NCBI GenBank assembly: GCA_043745805.1
Contig: JAYTSD010000014.1
Location: forward strand, 1-64,000
DNA length: 64,000 nucleotides
DNA from: Fibrobacteria bacterium
Lineage (GTDB): Bacteria > Fibrobacterota > Fibrobacteria > UBA11236
Reading direction: 5' to 3'
Made by a program: the position numbers and the translations under genes. Shown in pieces: positions 1 to 9,648 of the stretch; the stretch's first letter is position 1, and each line of letters opens with the position of its first letter. The notes beneath the pieces are model-generated. The model worked only from the letters and a program-made list of their open reading frames with translations, did no database searches and was not told where the DNA came from.

Positions 1-13
1 GTTGTGCCCCTAC
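1..13. repeat. Right arm of a probable GTAG-type REP palindrome, cut by the window edge
   Basis: gttgtgcccctac is the reverse complement of GTAGGGGCACAAC, resembling GTAG-initiated REP arms; the other arm would lie outside the window. Confidence 0.35.
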
Positions 14-20
14 AACCAAC

Positions 21-115
21 GCGGGTTACCTCGTAATCAAACTCCGCATTTTCCAAATCAAACTCGGCGAACTCCATAAGGTATTGAGAAAAATCCGCGT
101 CATGGTGATTTTTTC
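21..115 (-). repeat. 95-bp duplicate of the 3' end of the geranylgeranyl reductase-family gene (matches 1750..1844)
   Basis: Direct repeat at offset 1729 with 3 mismatches (27/1756, 35/1764, 65/1794); encodes EKITMTRIFLNTLWSSPSLIWKMRSLITR*. Confidence 0.95.
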
Positions 116-116
116 C

Positions 117-173
117 TTGGGGATTTTATCTGAAGAAGAGTTTGAAGACTTGAAACGCCAACTGTTAAAATAA
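117..173 (+). pseudogene. C-terminal remnant of a SHOCT-domain protein
   Basis: Translates LGILSEEEFEDLKRQLLK*, matching the SHOCT pattern G.(I/L)(S/T)EEEF...K..LL; the 5' part is absent. Confidence 0.6.
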
Positions 174-310
174 AAATTGAAAGTATGGAAGCGTGCAAAT
201 AATGTGGTGAAGTAAGTGTCGCTTAGCACTAGTTCGCCTCAATGGATTCATTCAATCTTGATTCACAATAATTACCTTTTACACAAGTAAAGCCAATTAT
301 CGGGAGAAAA

Positions 311-577
311 ATGCGTATCAGAAAAATTGCCCTTTTCATACTTTGTAGTACGCTTGCATTTGGGGAAGACATAGATTCTTTGTCCCGACGGATAAGTAAT
401 ATAAGAACTAAAATTTCTTTAGAAATAAACGAGAATAAATATGATTCACTGCTATTGCTGAAAGATTCAGCCTTTTCAATAGCTAAAAAAGTACGCATTA
501 ATCCGTTTACTTCTTTTGAAATGGCATCTATACATTTGCTTGCCGGTCGCTGGGATTTTAAATCACTCGGGATTTAA
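311..577 (+). pseudogene. Short or truncated exported protein
   Basis: GGGAG SD and signal peptide-like N-terminus (MRIRKIALFILCSTLAFG); only 88 aa, among other remnants. Confidence 0.4.
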
Positions 578-579
578 GT

Positions 580-1635
580 ATGACTAATAGCAAAACAAAT
601 TTAACCCACCAAATTAGATCCCTACTTATCGAAGCTAGAAAAATGGCTGTGCAGTCAATTAATATCACCATGGTTTATGCCTATTACCAGATAGGCAAAT
701 TAATTCTTGAAGATGAACAACATGGAAGACTTCGCGCTGAATACGGAAAGGGAATTTTGAAACAAGTAAGTAAGTCTTTAACTAAAGAATTTGGACAGGG
801 ATTTTCTGTTCAAAATCTAGAGCGAATGAGACTGTTTTACTCCGTGTATTCAAAATCCTCAACAGTGTCGAGGATTTCTAAAAAATCAGGTAATAAAGAA
901 TTAAGCTCACCATTAAAATCCTCGACAGCGTCGGTGAAATTCAATCTATCGTGGTCGCATTATGTTTTTTTAATTAGCCTGAATGAACCTGAAAGGGGTT
1001 TTTATGGCCACGAATCCCAAATAAACAACTGGTCTCTTCGAGAATTAAAAAGACAATTTGACTCTGCATTATACGAAAGAATTGTTTTGAGTAAAAATAA
1101 AAAAGGAGTTTTGAAGAACAATCTGAAAAAATATCATTCCCCGCAAAAACCTGAAGATGTGGTTAAGGATCCATACATACTCGAATTTCTTGGTTTGGAA
1201 GAAAACCTAAAATATTCGGAATCTGATCTTGAAACAAAAATAATCGATAGGCTCCAAAACTTTATCCTTGAACTAGGGAAAGGTTTTTTATTTGCAGGTA
1301 GACAAATTCGCTTTACATATGACGAAGAACATTTCAAGGTAGATTTGGTTTTTTACAATCGAATACTCAAATGTTTTGTACTAATAGATTTGAAAATAGG
1401 AAAGCTAAAGCATCAAGATATAGGTCAAATGCAGATGTATGTAAACTATTACGACCGCGAAGTAAAACTCGGAAATGAAAACTCCACTATTGGCATAGTT
1501 CTATGTAAGGAAAAAAACAATGCGATCGTTGAAATGACTTTACCTAAAGGGAACAATCAAATTTTCGCAAGCAAATTTCAAACTATTTTACCCAGCAAAT
1601 CCGAATTAAAAAAGCAAATAGCAAACATTGATTGA
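580..1635 (+). CDS. DUF1016/YhcG family PD-(D/E)XK nuclease-domain protein
   Basis: LSWSHY, WSLRELKRQ, KDPYILEFLGL, ELGKGF, DLVFYNRILKCFVLIDLK, GQMQMYVNYYD, IGIVLC. Confidence 0.93.
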   Translation: MTNSKTNLTHQIRSLLIEARKMAVQSINITMVYAYYQIGKLILEDEQHGRLRAEYGKGILKQVSKSLTKEFGQGFSVQNLERMRLFYSVYSKSSTVSRISKKSGNKELSSPLKSSTASVKFNLSWSHYVFLISLNEPERGFYGHESQINNWSLRELKRQFDSALYERIVLSKNKKGVLKNNLKKYHSPQKPEDVVKDPYILEFLGLEENLKYSESDLETKIIDRLQNFILELGKGFLFAGRQIRFTYDEEHFKVDLVFYNRILKCFVLIDLKIGKLKHQDIGQMQMYVNYYDREVKLGNENSTIGIVLCKEKNNAIVEMTLPKGNNQIFASKFQTILPSKSELKKQIANID

Positions 1636-1636
1636 T

Positions 1637-1678
1637 ATAAAACTGAAATTTAAGCAACAAGAATATCAAACGGATGTC
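1637..1678 (+). pseudogene. 5' remnant of a type III restriction enzyme Res subunit gene
   Basis: Reads (ATA)-KLKFKQQEYQTDV directly after the DUF1016 stop, like the MKLKFK.Q.YQ..A N-terminus of type III Res proteins; start codon is ATA and the rest is missing. Confidence 0.5.
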
Positions 1679-1695
1679 GCCCTAGCCTCGCTTTA

Positions 1696-1725
1696 CTGGG
1701 CACTTCGGCTCTGCTCAGTGTCCAG
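1696..1725. repeat. REP-like imperfect palindrome
   Basis: CTGGGCACT-tcggctctgctc-AGTGTCCAG, 9-bp arms with one G-T pair; resembles CTTCG..CTCAG-type extragenic palindromes. Confidence 0.55.
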
Positions 1726-1754
1726 CATTTAATTTTGTGAAAGTACAGTGCGGG

Positions 1755-2945
1755 TCACCTCGTGATCAAACTCCGCATTTTCCAAATCAAACTGGGCGAA
1801 CTCCATAAGGTATTGAGAAAAATCCGCGTCATGGTGATTTTTTCTAAAGGGATCTTTGCCAAGCCTTTCGCGGCTTTATCAAAAGTAGCATCGGGAATTC
1901 CTGCAAAAGCTTGCTTGGCTTTATGTATGCGACGATTAGCAAAACCATAAGCCAAATCCCATTTATCTTTATACTCACGATAATAAACCGATTTTTCAGA
2001 TTCCGTTTTTAAATCGAAAATTTTCAGCGCCGCTTGAGCAGCTAACTCGCCACCTTTCATCGCTTCCAAAATACCGGCGCGACTAATAGGATTAACCATA
2101 TTCGCCGCATCACCGGTTTTAAAAAGATTTTCTACCGCCAAAGGTTCATTGGTATAGCCGCAAGGAATAGCGCCGCCTTGCAGGGTCTCGATAGTGGCTT
2201 CGGGATAAGTTTGTTTAATAAAATCCTGTAAAGCTTTACGCGCCGGAGTGACTTTCGCAAATTGTTTCCCGACTACCAAACCTACATTGGCAATATTTTC
2301 ATCGCGCGGAAATAACCATGCATAACCGCCCGGCGCATAATTTTGACCAAAAAATAATTGAATATAATTGACGGGATATTTTAAGCCGCGCACCAAAGCA
2401 AATACCGCAGGCTCTACATCAAAATTGCCTTGCGTAATGTCCTCGCCCTGCCCAAAACCCAAGCCGGGGCCACTGGCATCAATTACCACCTTTGCACGTA
2501 TGGTTCCGCTCGTATCACCTTCATATTGCAAAGACCGGTAACCTTGCTGATACGTTGATAAAGACACTGCGCGGGTACGAAAATTACAATGCACGCCCAT
2601 GCTATGACAAGTTTCGGCTAAGTTTTTATGCATTAAGGCTCTATCAATAAGATAGCCACTTCCTTTTTTTTCAAAGGTCACGGGTGTCCCATTGGGTGAA
2701 ACAAAAACTACACCATCTACGAGTTCACGTATCCACTTGGGCTCAACCTTGGGCACTAATTCTTGCAAGCCACGCGCTGACACGGCTTCGGCACAGGACA
2801 CAGGCTCTCGCCAAGGATCGCGTTTATCAATTAAAGCAATACTTTTGTTTTGACCGGCTTTGGCCAAATTCAAAGCCGCCAATAATCCGCCTGGGCCAGC
2901 ACCAATGACTAAAAAATCATATTCAGGATTTAAGGTATCTTGCAT
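1755..2945 (-). CDS. Geranylgeranyl reductase family FAD-dependent oxidoreductase
   Basis: GAGPGG, CAEAVS, IDASG, PGGYAWLFP, GDAANMVNPISRAGI. Confidence 0.88.
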   Translation of the reverse strand: MQDTLNPEYDFLVIGAGPGGLLAALNLAKAGQNKSIALIDKRDPWREPVSCAEAVSARGLQELVPKVEPKWIRELVDGVVFVSPNGTPVTFEKKGSGYLIDRALMHKNLAETCHSMGVHCNFRTRAVSLSTYQQGYRSLQYEGDTSGTIRAKVVIDASGPGLGFGQGEDITQGNFDVEPAVFALVRGLKYPVNYIQLFFGQNYAPGGYAWLFPRDENIANVGLVVGKQFAKVTPARKALQDFIKQTYPEATIETLQGGAIPCGYTNEPLAVENLFKTGDAANMVNPISRAGILEAMKGGELAAQAALKIFDLKTESEKSVYYREYKDKWDLAYGFANRRIHKAKQAFAGIPDATFDKAAKGLAKIPLEKITMTRIFLNTLWSSPSLIWKMRSLITR

Positions 2946-2959
2946 GTTTCCTTTAAAAA

Positions 2960-3670
2960 TTACAATTGCCAGTCGATGGGTTTTTGTCCCATATTTTTTA
3001 GCAGTTCATTGGTTTTGGAGAAATGTTTGCAGCCAAAAAAACCGCCATGGGCCGACAAGGGAGAAGGATGTGGCGCTTTTAAAATATGATGATGATTAGT
3101 ATCAATCACCGCCCCTTTTTTTTGCGCAGGGCTTCCCCACAATAAAAAGACCAAGCCCTTTTTCCTTTCCGATAATTTTCGCACCACTGCATCGGTAAAA
3201 ATTTGCCACCCAAATTTTGCGTGTGAACCGGCTTCATGAGCGCGCACCGTTAGTGAGGAATTAAGTAAAAGTATTCCTTGTTTCGCCCAGCTTTCTAAAT
3301 TGCCATGGTTGGGAATTTTAATTCCCAAATCATTTTGTATTTCTTTATAGATGTTCGCTAAACTAGGTGGCGGCTTCACACCAGTTTGCACCGAAAAGCA
3401 AAGACCATGCGCTTGCCCTTCATTATGATAAGGATCTTGGCCCAAAATCACCACTTTCACTTGATCAAACGGCGTAAAATTAAAAGCATTAAAAATGAAT
3501 TTTCCAGGTGGGTAAACGGTTGCACCCTGATTTTTTTCTTCGAGTAACATCTGTTTGATTTTGGCAAAATAAGGTTGCGCAAATTCTTCGGAAAGCTCAG
3601 CTTTCCAAGTGGGTTCAATTTGAGGATTAATACTTGGCCTTGCGATGAGGGAACTTTCAGTTATCTGCAT
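2960..3670 (-). CDS. ung: Uracil-DNA glycosylase, family 1
   Basis: GQDPYH, HGLCFSV, PPSLANI, GILLLN, HPSPLS. Confidence 0.97.
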   Translation of the reverse strand: MQITESSLIARPSINPQIEPTWKAELSEEFAQPYFAKIKQMLLEEKNQGATVYPPGKFIFNAFNFTPFDQVKVVILGQDPYHNEGQAHGLCFSVQTGVKPPPSLANIYKEIQNDLGIKIPNHGNLESWAKQGILLLNSSLTVRAHEAGSHAKFGWQIFTDAVVRKLSERKKGLVFLLWGSPAQKKGAVIDTNHHHILKAPHPSPLSAHGGFFGCKHFSKTNELLKNMGQKPIDWQL

Positions 3671-3760
3671 AATTTAAAATTAAGGCGATTAGCCTCCGGT
3701 GATAATTTTCCATCTGATTAAAGTAAAAAACTTCCTTCTCCAAGGTAATTAGCCTGACCT

Positions 3761-5623
3761 TCAAACCAAGCCTTCCAAACAACCCCCGCGTACACCCAAA
3801 GCTTCGACTCTTTTAATCACCTCGACATCACTTTCCAACACTGGAGCATGATGCGGTTTAATCCGAGCATCAATAATCAAGGGGCCACGACAGCCCCAAT
3901 GTTTATCGATAGTAAATGCATTTATGCCATGTATATCCGCTGCTGGATTGGATCGCGTAAAGGTTATCCATAACCAATTATGCAAGCTCTTCGCCGTAAA
4001 TTCAGAATCATCCGCTAAAATCCAAAGTGGAAAATTTTCCCGGGATTTCTCCCCACTCGCAAGCGAGCCACTTTCAACAACTTCACATAAGTAGGCAATT
4101 TGTTTTTCTGCATTTGCTTTTTCGGTATACTTAGGAGCTTGTAAAACCACTACTCCTGGCATAGCCAAATGCGGATGCGAAAAACCATCCGGTAACATTG
4201 AGAATACTCCTGATAAATCATTCCCTAGTTGGCGTTTTTTTTCTCCCACCGCTGCGACCACTACTTTTGATCCCGCATTCAAACCCGAGCCACTATAATC
4301 CAAGGTATCCATGGTGGTTTGTGTTTCAAAATGTAAATCGGTTTCCCAGTCAACTCGCTCCAACATATGCTTAAAGAAGTTTAATACATCGCGCACACTT
4401 AAACTCGGCTCATCCTCCTGAGCCGCAATCCACAAATATTTAGCTAATGACAATTGCCCGAAGCCCAATATAGCATGGGCTTGCGTGAGTAATTCTTGCG
4501 GCTGGTTTTTTTGATAAGGAATATAACGCTCACTGCCTAAGGCCAGTAACAACGGATGTACTCCTGCCGCTTCCACAGCATGCACAGCTTTTACTCCAGG
4601 TAACTCCTGAGGGATGGCGGGTGCCGAAATCGCATGAATCAATTCCGCAAAAACCGAATCTTCTTGCGGAGGACGACCTACTGAAGTGAAAGGCCAAATC
4701 GCATCGCGTCGATGATACACGGCTTCCACTTGCAACACGGGAAAATCATGGGTCAAACTATAATAGCCGAGATGATCGCCAAAAGGGCCTTCGGGTAAAA
4801 CGGTTTGTGGATCAATAGTCCCCACTATGCAAAAATCTGCTTCGGCAGAAATCTTATAACCATTTTTTTCGGCATAGCGAAAACGTCGTCCACCCAAAAG
4901 GCCGGCAAAATAAACTTCCGGCAAGCCTTCTGGCAAAGGCATGACCGCGGCTAAGGTGTGACTCGGCGGGCCACCGACAAAAATACTGACATGCAATTTT
5001 TCGCCCTGTGCCGCAGCCGCATGATGATGCACACCAATCCCACGATGTAATTGATAATGCAAACCAATTTGTTTTTCAGGAGTATATTGCCCCCCCGAAA
5101 GTTGAATGCGATACATCCCTAAATTTGATTGGCGTAAGCCTGGGTATTGAGGATGCTCAGTATATACCTGTGGCAAAGTGATAAAAGCGCCCCCATCTTT
5201 GGGCCAAGATACCAATTGCGGCAATTGACTGATTTGTGTTTGCGCCTGCAAAACGGGTCCGGACTCAACCCGTTTGGGCAAAGCATGTAAAGCCGCAGAA
5301 GGTAAATCCAAAAAATCCCAAGGTTTTTTTAATGCCGCAGTAGGATCGGCTTTTAGGCGCACCGTTTTTTGTACGGTCTCCAAAGTGTCCCGAAAAATAT
5401 AATGTGCCCGTTCACGAGTCCCAAAAAGATTGGCCAAGACCGGAAAAGCGCAGCCTTGAACCCTAGTGAATAAAAGCGCAGGGCCTTGATTGGCATAAAC
5501 GCGTCGCTGAATTTCCGCTATGTCCAAATGGGGGGAAACTTCGCTCTCAATGATTCGTAATTTGCCTTGCCCTGCTAAATCATTAGCACATTGTCGCAGG
5601 CTAGAATAATGGGAAGATGACAT
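3761..5623 (-). CDS. ubiD: UbiD family prFMN-dependent decarboxylase
   Basis: WPKDGGAFITLP, NLGMYR, EGPFGDHLGYY, VGRPPQED, DTLDYSG; start placed at the second Met (ORF track starts at 5656). Confidence 0.9.
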   Translation of the reverse strand: MSSSHYSSLRQCANDLAGQGKLRIIESEVSPHLDIAEIQRRVYANQGPALLFTRVQGCAFPVLANLFGTRERAHYIFRDTLETVQKTVRLKADPTAALKKPWDFLDLPSAALHALPKRVESGPVLQAQTQISQLPQLVSWPKDGGAFITLPQVYTEHPQYPGLRQSNLGMYRIQLSGGQYTPEKQIGLHYQLHRGIGVHHHAAAAQGEKLHVSIFVGGPPSHTLAAVMPLPEGLPEVYFAGLLGGRRFRYAEKNGYKISAEADFCIVGTIDPQTVLPEGPFGDHLGYYSLTHDFPVLQVEAVYHRRDAIWPFTSVGRPPQEDSVFAELIHAISAPAIPQELPGVKAVHAVEAAGVHPLLLALGSERYIPYQKNQPQELLTQAHAILGFGQLSLAKYLWIAAQEDEPSLSVRDVLNFFKHMLERVDWETDLHFETQTTMDTLDYSGSGLNAGSKVVVAAVGEKKRQLGNDLSGVFSMLPDGFSHPHLAMPGVVVLQAPKYTEKANAEKQIAYLCEVVESGSLASGEKSRENFPLWILADDSEFTAKSLHNWLWITFTRSNPAADIHGINAFTIDKHWGCRGPLIIDARIKPHHAPVLESDVEVIKRVEALGVRGGCLEGLV

Positions 5624-5820
5624 CCTTTTAAGGTAGCAATCCCCATCCGTCTTCATTATGCGAAAGCATGAAAATTATGTATGAAAATTAGACAGAGAAA
5701 CCGATCCTTGAATGCTGAAATAACTTGCCGGACTAGGGTCCTTTCGATTAAATTGACGGACTGAATTTTTTAAAAAAATCGGGAGGCTATTCAGGTCTCC
5801 TTATAAACAGGAGTTTTTTT

Positions 5821-8622
5821 ATGGCTAAAGCCGGCAAGTTTGTTTATTACTTCGGAAAAGGTAAATCAGAGGGTGATGCGTCCATGCGCAATTTACTCGG
5901 TGGCAAAGGCGCGAATCTCGCAGACATGGCCTATATTGGCTTACCGGTGCCTCCAGGCTTTACCGTAACAACTGAAGTTTGCACGGCCTATACTAGCAAT
6001 AAAAATAAATATCCCGTTGGCTTAAAAGAACAAGTACTCGAGTCTTTGAAAAGAGTCGAGAAGGAAATGGGTAAAAAATTTAATGACCCTAAAAATCCTT
6101 TATTAGTTTCCGTTCGCTCTGGCGCACGCGTTTCCATGCCGGGTATGATGGATACCGTTTTAAATCTTGGCCTCAATGATAAAACCATCGAAGGTTTATT
6201 GGCTGTATCTGGTGATGCACGCTTTGCTTACGATTCTTATCGTCGCTTTGTAATGATGTATTCCGATGTGGTTTTAAATGTGCATTCGGATCATTTTGAA
6301 AAGGCTTTAGAAGAAGCTAAACATGCGGCTGGTGTGAAAGAAGATACCGGCTTAACCTCAGAACAACTCAAAAATTTAGTGGCCACCTTCAAACAAATCA
6401 CCTTAAAAAGCACCGGCAAAGCTTTCCCTGAAGATCCCTATGATCAAATGTGGGGCGCTATTGGTGCTGTGTTTAATTCGTGGATGTGTGATCGCGCTAT
6501 CATTTATCGCAAAACCTATCGCATCCCTGAAGAATGGGGCACGGCGGTTAATGTGCAAGCCATGGTATTCGGTAATGCAGGCTTGGATTGCGCTACGGGC
6601 GTGGCTTTCACTCGTAACCCTTCAACGGGCGAAAATCAATTTTACGGTGAATATTTAATCAATGCTCAAGGTGAAGATGTTGTGGCCGGTATTCGCACTC
6701 CTCAACCAGTTTTAAAAGCCGCGAAAAAATCTGCTGACGAAGTATCACTCGAAGAAGCCATGCCTAAGGCTTATAAAGAACTTGCCAATACTTTCCGGAT
6801 TTTGGAAAAGCATTATCGCGATATGCAAGATATTGAATTCACCATCGAACATGGTCGCTTATTCATGTTGCAAACTCGTGGTGGCAAACGCACCGCCGCC
6901 GCTGCTATTAAAATTGCCGTGGACATGGTCAAAGAAAAACTTATCACTAAAGAAGAAGCTATTCTTCGCGTGGAAGCCAATTCTTTAAACCAACTCTTAC
7001 ATCCTTCCTTTGATCCTAAAGCCAAAAAAGAAGTGGTCGCCATTGGCTTGCCCGCTTCTCCTGGTGCCGCTACGGGTCAAGTAGTGTTCACAGCTAAAGA
7101 GGCTGTGCGTTGGAGTGAAGATGGTAAAATCACTATTTTGGTACGTCAAGAAACATCTCCCGAAGATATTGAAGGCATGATTTCGGCTCAAGGTATTTTG
7201 ACCGGTCGTGGTGGTATGACTTCCCATGCAGCCGTAGTTGCACGTGGCATGGGCAAAACTTGCGTAGCCGGTTGCTCTTCTTTGTTTATTGATGCCGAGA
7301 AAAAAACCGTTAAGGTTGGCTCTTTAGTGATTAATGAAGGCGATTGGATTTCCATTAATGGAAGCTCCGGCGAAGTGATGTTGGGTAAGGTTCCTACTGA
7401 AGAAGCTACCCTCTCCGGTGAATTTGGCACCTTCATGAAAATGGTGGATGAATTAAAAACCTTGGGTGTGCGTGCAAATGCCGATGTGCCTAAGGATGCT
7501 GCTGTAGCTATTAAATTCGGCGCAACGGGTATTGGCTTATGCCGCACAGAACATATGTTCTTCGAAGGTTCACGCCTTGCCTATTTCCGCGAAATGATTT
7601 TAGCGAAAGACTTAGAAGGCCGTAAAGCCGCCTTGGTGAAATTGTTACCTATTCAACGCGAAGATTTCGAAGGTTTGTTCACTACTATGAAAGGTTACCC
7701 CGTAACTGTTAGGTTACTGGATCCTCCATTACATGAATTCTTGCCACATACTGAAGCCGAACAAAAAGAAATGGCCAAAGCCACGGGCGTTGCTTTACAA
7801 GAAGTAACCGACAAAGTGAATTCCTTGCATGAATTGAATCCTATGCTTGGCCATCGCGGTTGCCGCTTAGGCATTACCTTCCCTGAAATTTATGATATGC
7901 AGGTACAGGCTATTATTGAAGCCGCTATCAATGTGGGTAAAAAAGGTGTGAAGGTTATTCCTGAAATCATGATCCCTCTCGTAGGCACGGTTAAGGAATT
8001 GTCCATCTTGAAAGAAAATGCGAAAAAAGTAATTGCCACTGTAATTGCCAAAGCCGGCATTAAGAAAATGGATTACTTAATTGGTACCATGATCGAAATT
8101 CCTCGCGCCGCTTTAATCGCGGATCAATTAGCAGCAGAAGCGGATTTCTTCTCCTTCGGTACTAATGACTTAACGCAAATGACTTTCGGTTATAGCCGTG
8201 ATGATTCCGGTGTATTCTTGCCAGTTTATGTGGACCAAAAGATTTTGCCTGAAGATCCATTCCAAGTCTTGGATCAAGCGGGTGTAGGTCAATTGGTAAA
8301 GCTCGGTGTAGAACGTGGTCGCGGTGCAAATACCAAACTTAAAGTGGGTATTTGTGGCGAACATGGTGGCGAACCTGCTTCGGTTAAATTCTGTCACTCG
8401 GTAGGATTGAACTATGTTAGCTGCTCACCTTATCGCGTACCTATCGCTCGTTTAGCTGCTGCACAAGCCGCTGTCGAAGAAGCACGTGCTAAAAAGGCTA
8501 GCGTTAAAACCGCAAAACCTGCTAGCAAAAAGAAAGCAGCTTCTAAACCAGCTCCCAAGGCAGCATCAAAAGCCGCTCCTAAAGCCAAAAAAGCTGTAGG
8601 TAAAAAAGCCAAAAAAAAGTGA
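5821..8622 (+). CDS. ppdK: Pyruvate, phosphate dikinase with a Lys/Ala-rich C-terminal tail
   Basis: GGKGANL, SVRSGARVSMPGMMDT, GGMTSHAAVVARG, GLCRTEHMF, SFGTNDLTQ, GICGEHGG. Confidence 0.98.
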   Translation: MAKAGKFVYYFGKGKSEGDASMRNLLGGKGANLADMAYIGLPVPPGFTVTTEVCTAYTSNKNKYPVGLKEQVLESLKRVEKEMGKKFNDPKNPLLVSVRSGARVSMPGMMDTVLNLGLNDKTIEGLLAVSGDARFAYDSYRRFVMMYSDVVLNVHSDHFEKALEEAKHAAGVKEDTGLTSEQLKNLVATFKQITLKSTGKAFPEDPYDQMWGAIGAVFNSWMCDRAIIYRKTYRIPEEWGTAVNVQAMVFGNAGLDCATGVAFTRNPSTGENQFYGEYLINAQGEDVVAGIRTPQPVLKAAKKSADEVSLEEAMPKAYKELANTFRILEKHYRDMQDIEFTIEHGRLFMLQTRGGKRTAAAAIKIAVDMVKEKLITKEEAILRVEANSLNQLLHPSFDPKAKKEVVAIGLPASPGAATGQVVFTAKEAVRWSEDGKITILVRQETSPEDIEGMISAQGILTGRGGMTSHAAVVARGMGKTCVAGCSSLFIDAEKKTVKVGSLVINEGDWISINGSSGEVMLGKVPTEEATLSGEFGTFMKMVDELKTLGVRANADVPKDAAVAIKFGATGIGLCRTEHMFFEGSRLAYFREMILAKDLEGRKAALVKLLPIQREDFEGLFTTMKGYPVTVRLLDPPLHEFLPHTEAEQKEMAKATGVALQEVTDKVNSLHELNPMLGHRGCRLGITFPEIYDMQVQAIIEAAINVGKKGVKVIPEIMIPLVGTVKELSILKENAKKVIATVIAKAGIKKMDYLIGTMIEIPRAALIADQLAAEADFFSFGTNDLTQMTFGYSRDDSGVFLPVYVDQKILPEDPFQVLDQAGVGQLVKLGVERGRGANTKLKVGICGEHGGEPASVKFCHSVGLNYVSCSPYRVPIARLAAAQAAVEEARAKKASVKTAKPASKKKAASKPAPKAASKAAPKAKKAVGKKAKKK

Positions 8623-8655
8623 TTTAATCCGCTAACAGCGGTAAACTCTAAGGGT

Positions 8656-9648
8656 ATGCTCATCAAGACATGCCCTTTTTTTATGCTTTTTTTTCTCTGT
8701 GTATTTCCTGAATTTGCACGAGCTGAAAGAGAATTGCATTATAAAATGTATCGCAATTTACCTAAAGCGAATTTTACTTTAGCTCCAATAAAAAGCGACT
8801 TACTCGATTCCAATGCTCAAGAAATTTTTCATCAGGTATGGTTGCGCGAAATCGCCAAAATTAAGGATTACAAATTTTTAACTAATACTGATTCCAATGC
8901 TTATATCCTCAATCATCCCTTTAATAAAATAAAGGATTCGCTCAGCATAGACTACCTTTTGCAATCCGAAATAAAAAATAGAGATGGAAAGTTTACTTTT
9001 TTTGTGGAGTGGGTTGATTTACATACTCATGAAATAAAAGCCTCCTATCAAGAAAACTGCCGCTGTACCCTTGGCGAATTATTGTTTTGGGGTATACCTG
9101 ATGCAGTAGAAAAAATTCGTGATAAACTTGATATGAAGCATTCTCGTTGCGAGGAAAATATGTTAAGGATGGTAACATCTAATATCGATACGTCCTTCTG
9201 CATAGATAAATATGAATTTCCCAATATCCAAGGAGAAGCGCCTGTAGTTGCTAAAACTTGGGAAGAAGCTTCGGCGATTTGCTCCGATCATGGTAAACGT
9301 TTATGTACTGAAAATGAATGGCAAATCACTTGTAGTGGTCTAGAGAACATGAGCTATCCCTATGGAAATACCTACGAGGCTACAATTTGCAATACGACTT
9401 CGCAAACAGTGGAGCTAGCCGGAAATAATCTTTCCTGCAAAAGTAAAAGTGGGGCTTTTGATTTGTCAGGTAATGTCTATGAATGGACTGCTTCCGAATG
9501 GAATGGAAAATATACCGATCATGTGGTTAAAGGAGGGAATTGGAATTCAGGAATAGCCAATTCTACTTGCCAAGCCCGATTTGCCGAGCCTTCTGGGTCA
9601 TCTTCCAAAGCTATTGGCTTTAGATGTTGCACAAATTATGACAAATAA
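8656..9648 (+). CDS. Exported protein with a C-terminal FGE-sulfatase (SUMF1) domain
   Basis: Signal peptide; FCIDKYE, GKRLCTENEW, YPYGN, DLSGNVYEWT, KGGNW, GFRCC. Confidence 0.85.
   Translation: MLIKTCPFFMLFFLCVFPEFARAERELHYKMYRNLPKANFTLAPIKSDLLDSNAQEIFHQVWLREIAKIKDYKFLTNTDSNAYILNHPFNKIKDSLSIDYLLQSEIKNRDGKFTFFVEWVDLHTHEIKASYQENCRCTLGELLFWGIPDAVEKIRDKLDMKHSRCEENMLRMVTSNIDTSFCIDKYEFPNIQGEAPVVAKTWEEASAICSDHGKRLCTENEWQITCSGLENMSYPYGNTYEATICNTTSQTVELAGNNLSCKSKSGAFDLSGNVYEWTASEWNGKYTDHVVKGGNWNSGIANSTCQARFAEPSGSSSKAIGFRCCTNYDK

Noticed and set aside
26-229. 67-aa minus-strand ORF as a real gene
   Set aside because: Chimera of the duplicated gene end and the antisense of the SHOCT remnant
174-1750. 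Integron cassette array
   Set aside because: No convincing attC (RYYYAAC...GTTRRRY) structures or integrase; GTCGC near three junctions is too short to trust
21-1844. Duplicated gene 3' end as a DGR template/variable repeat pair
   Set aside because: Mismatches are silent and not adenine-specific, the gene is a metabolic enzyme, and no reverse transcriptase is in the window
8656-9648. FGE-domain protein as a DGR target
   Set aside because: No second copy of its 3' region and no reverse transcriptase seen in the window
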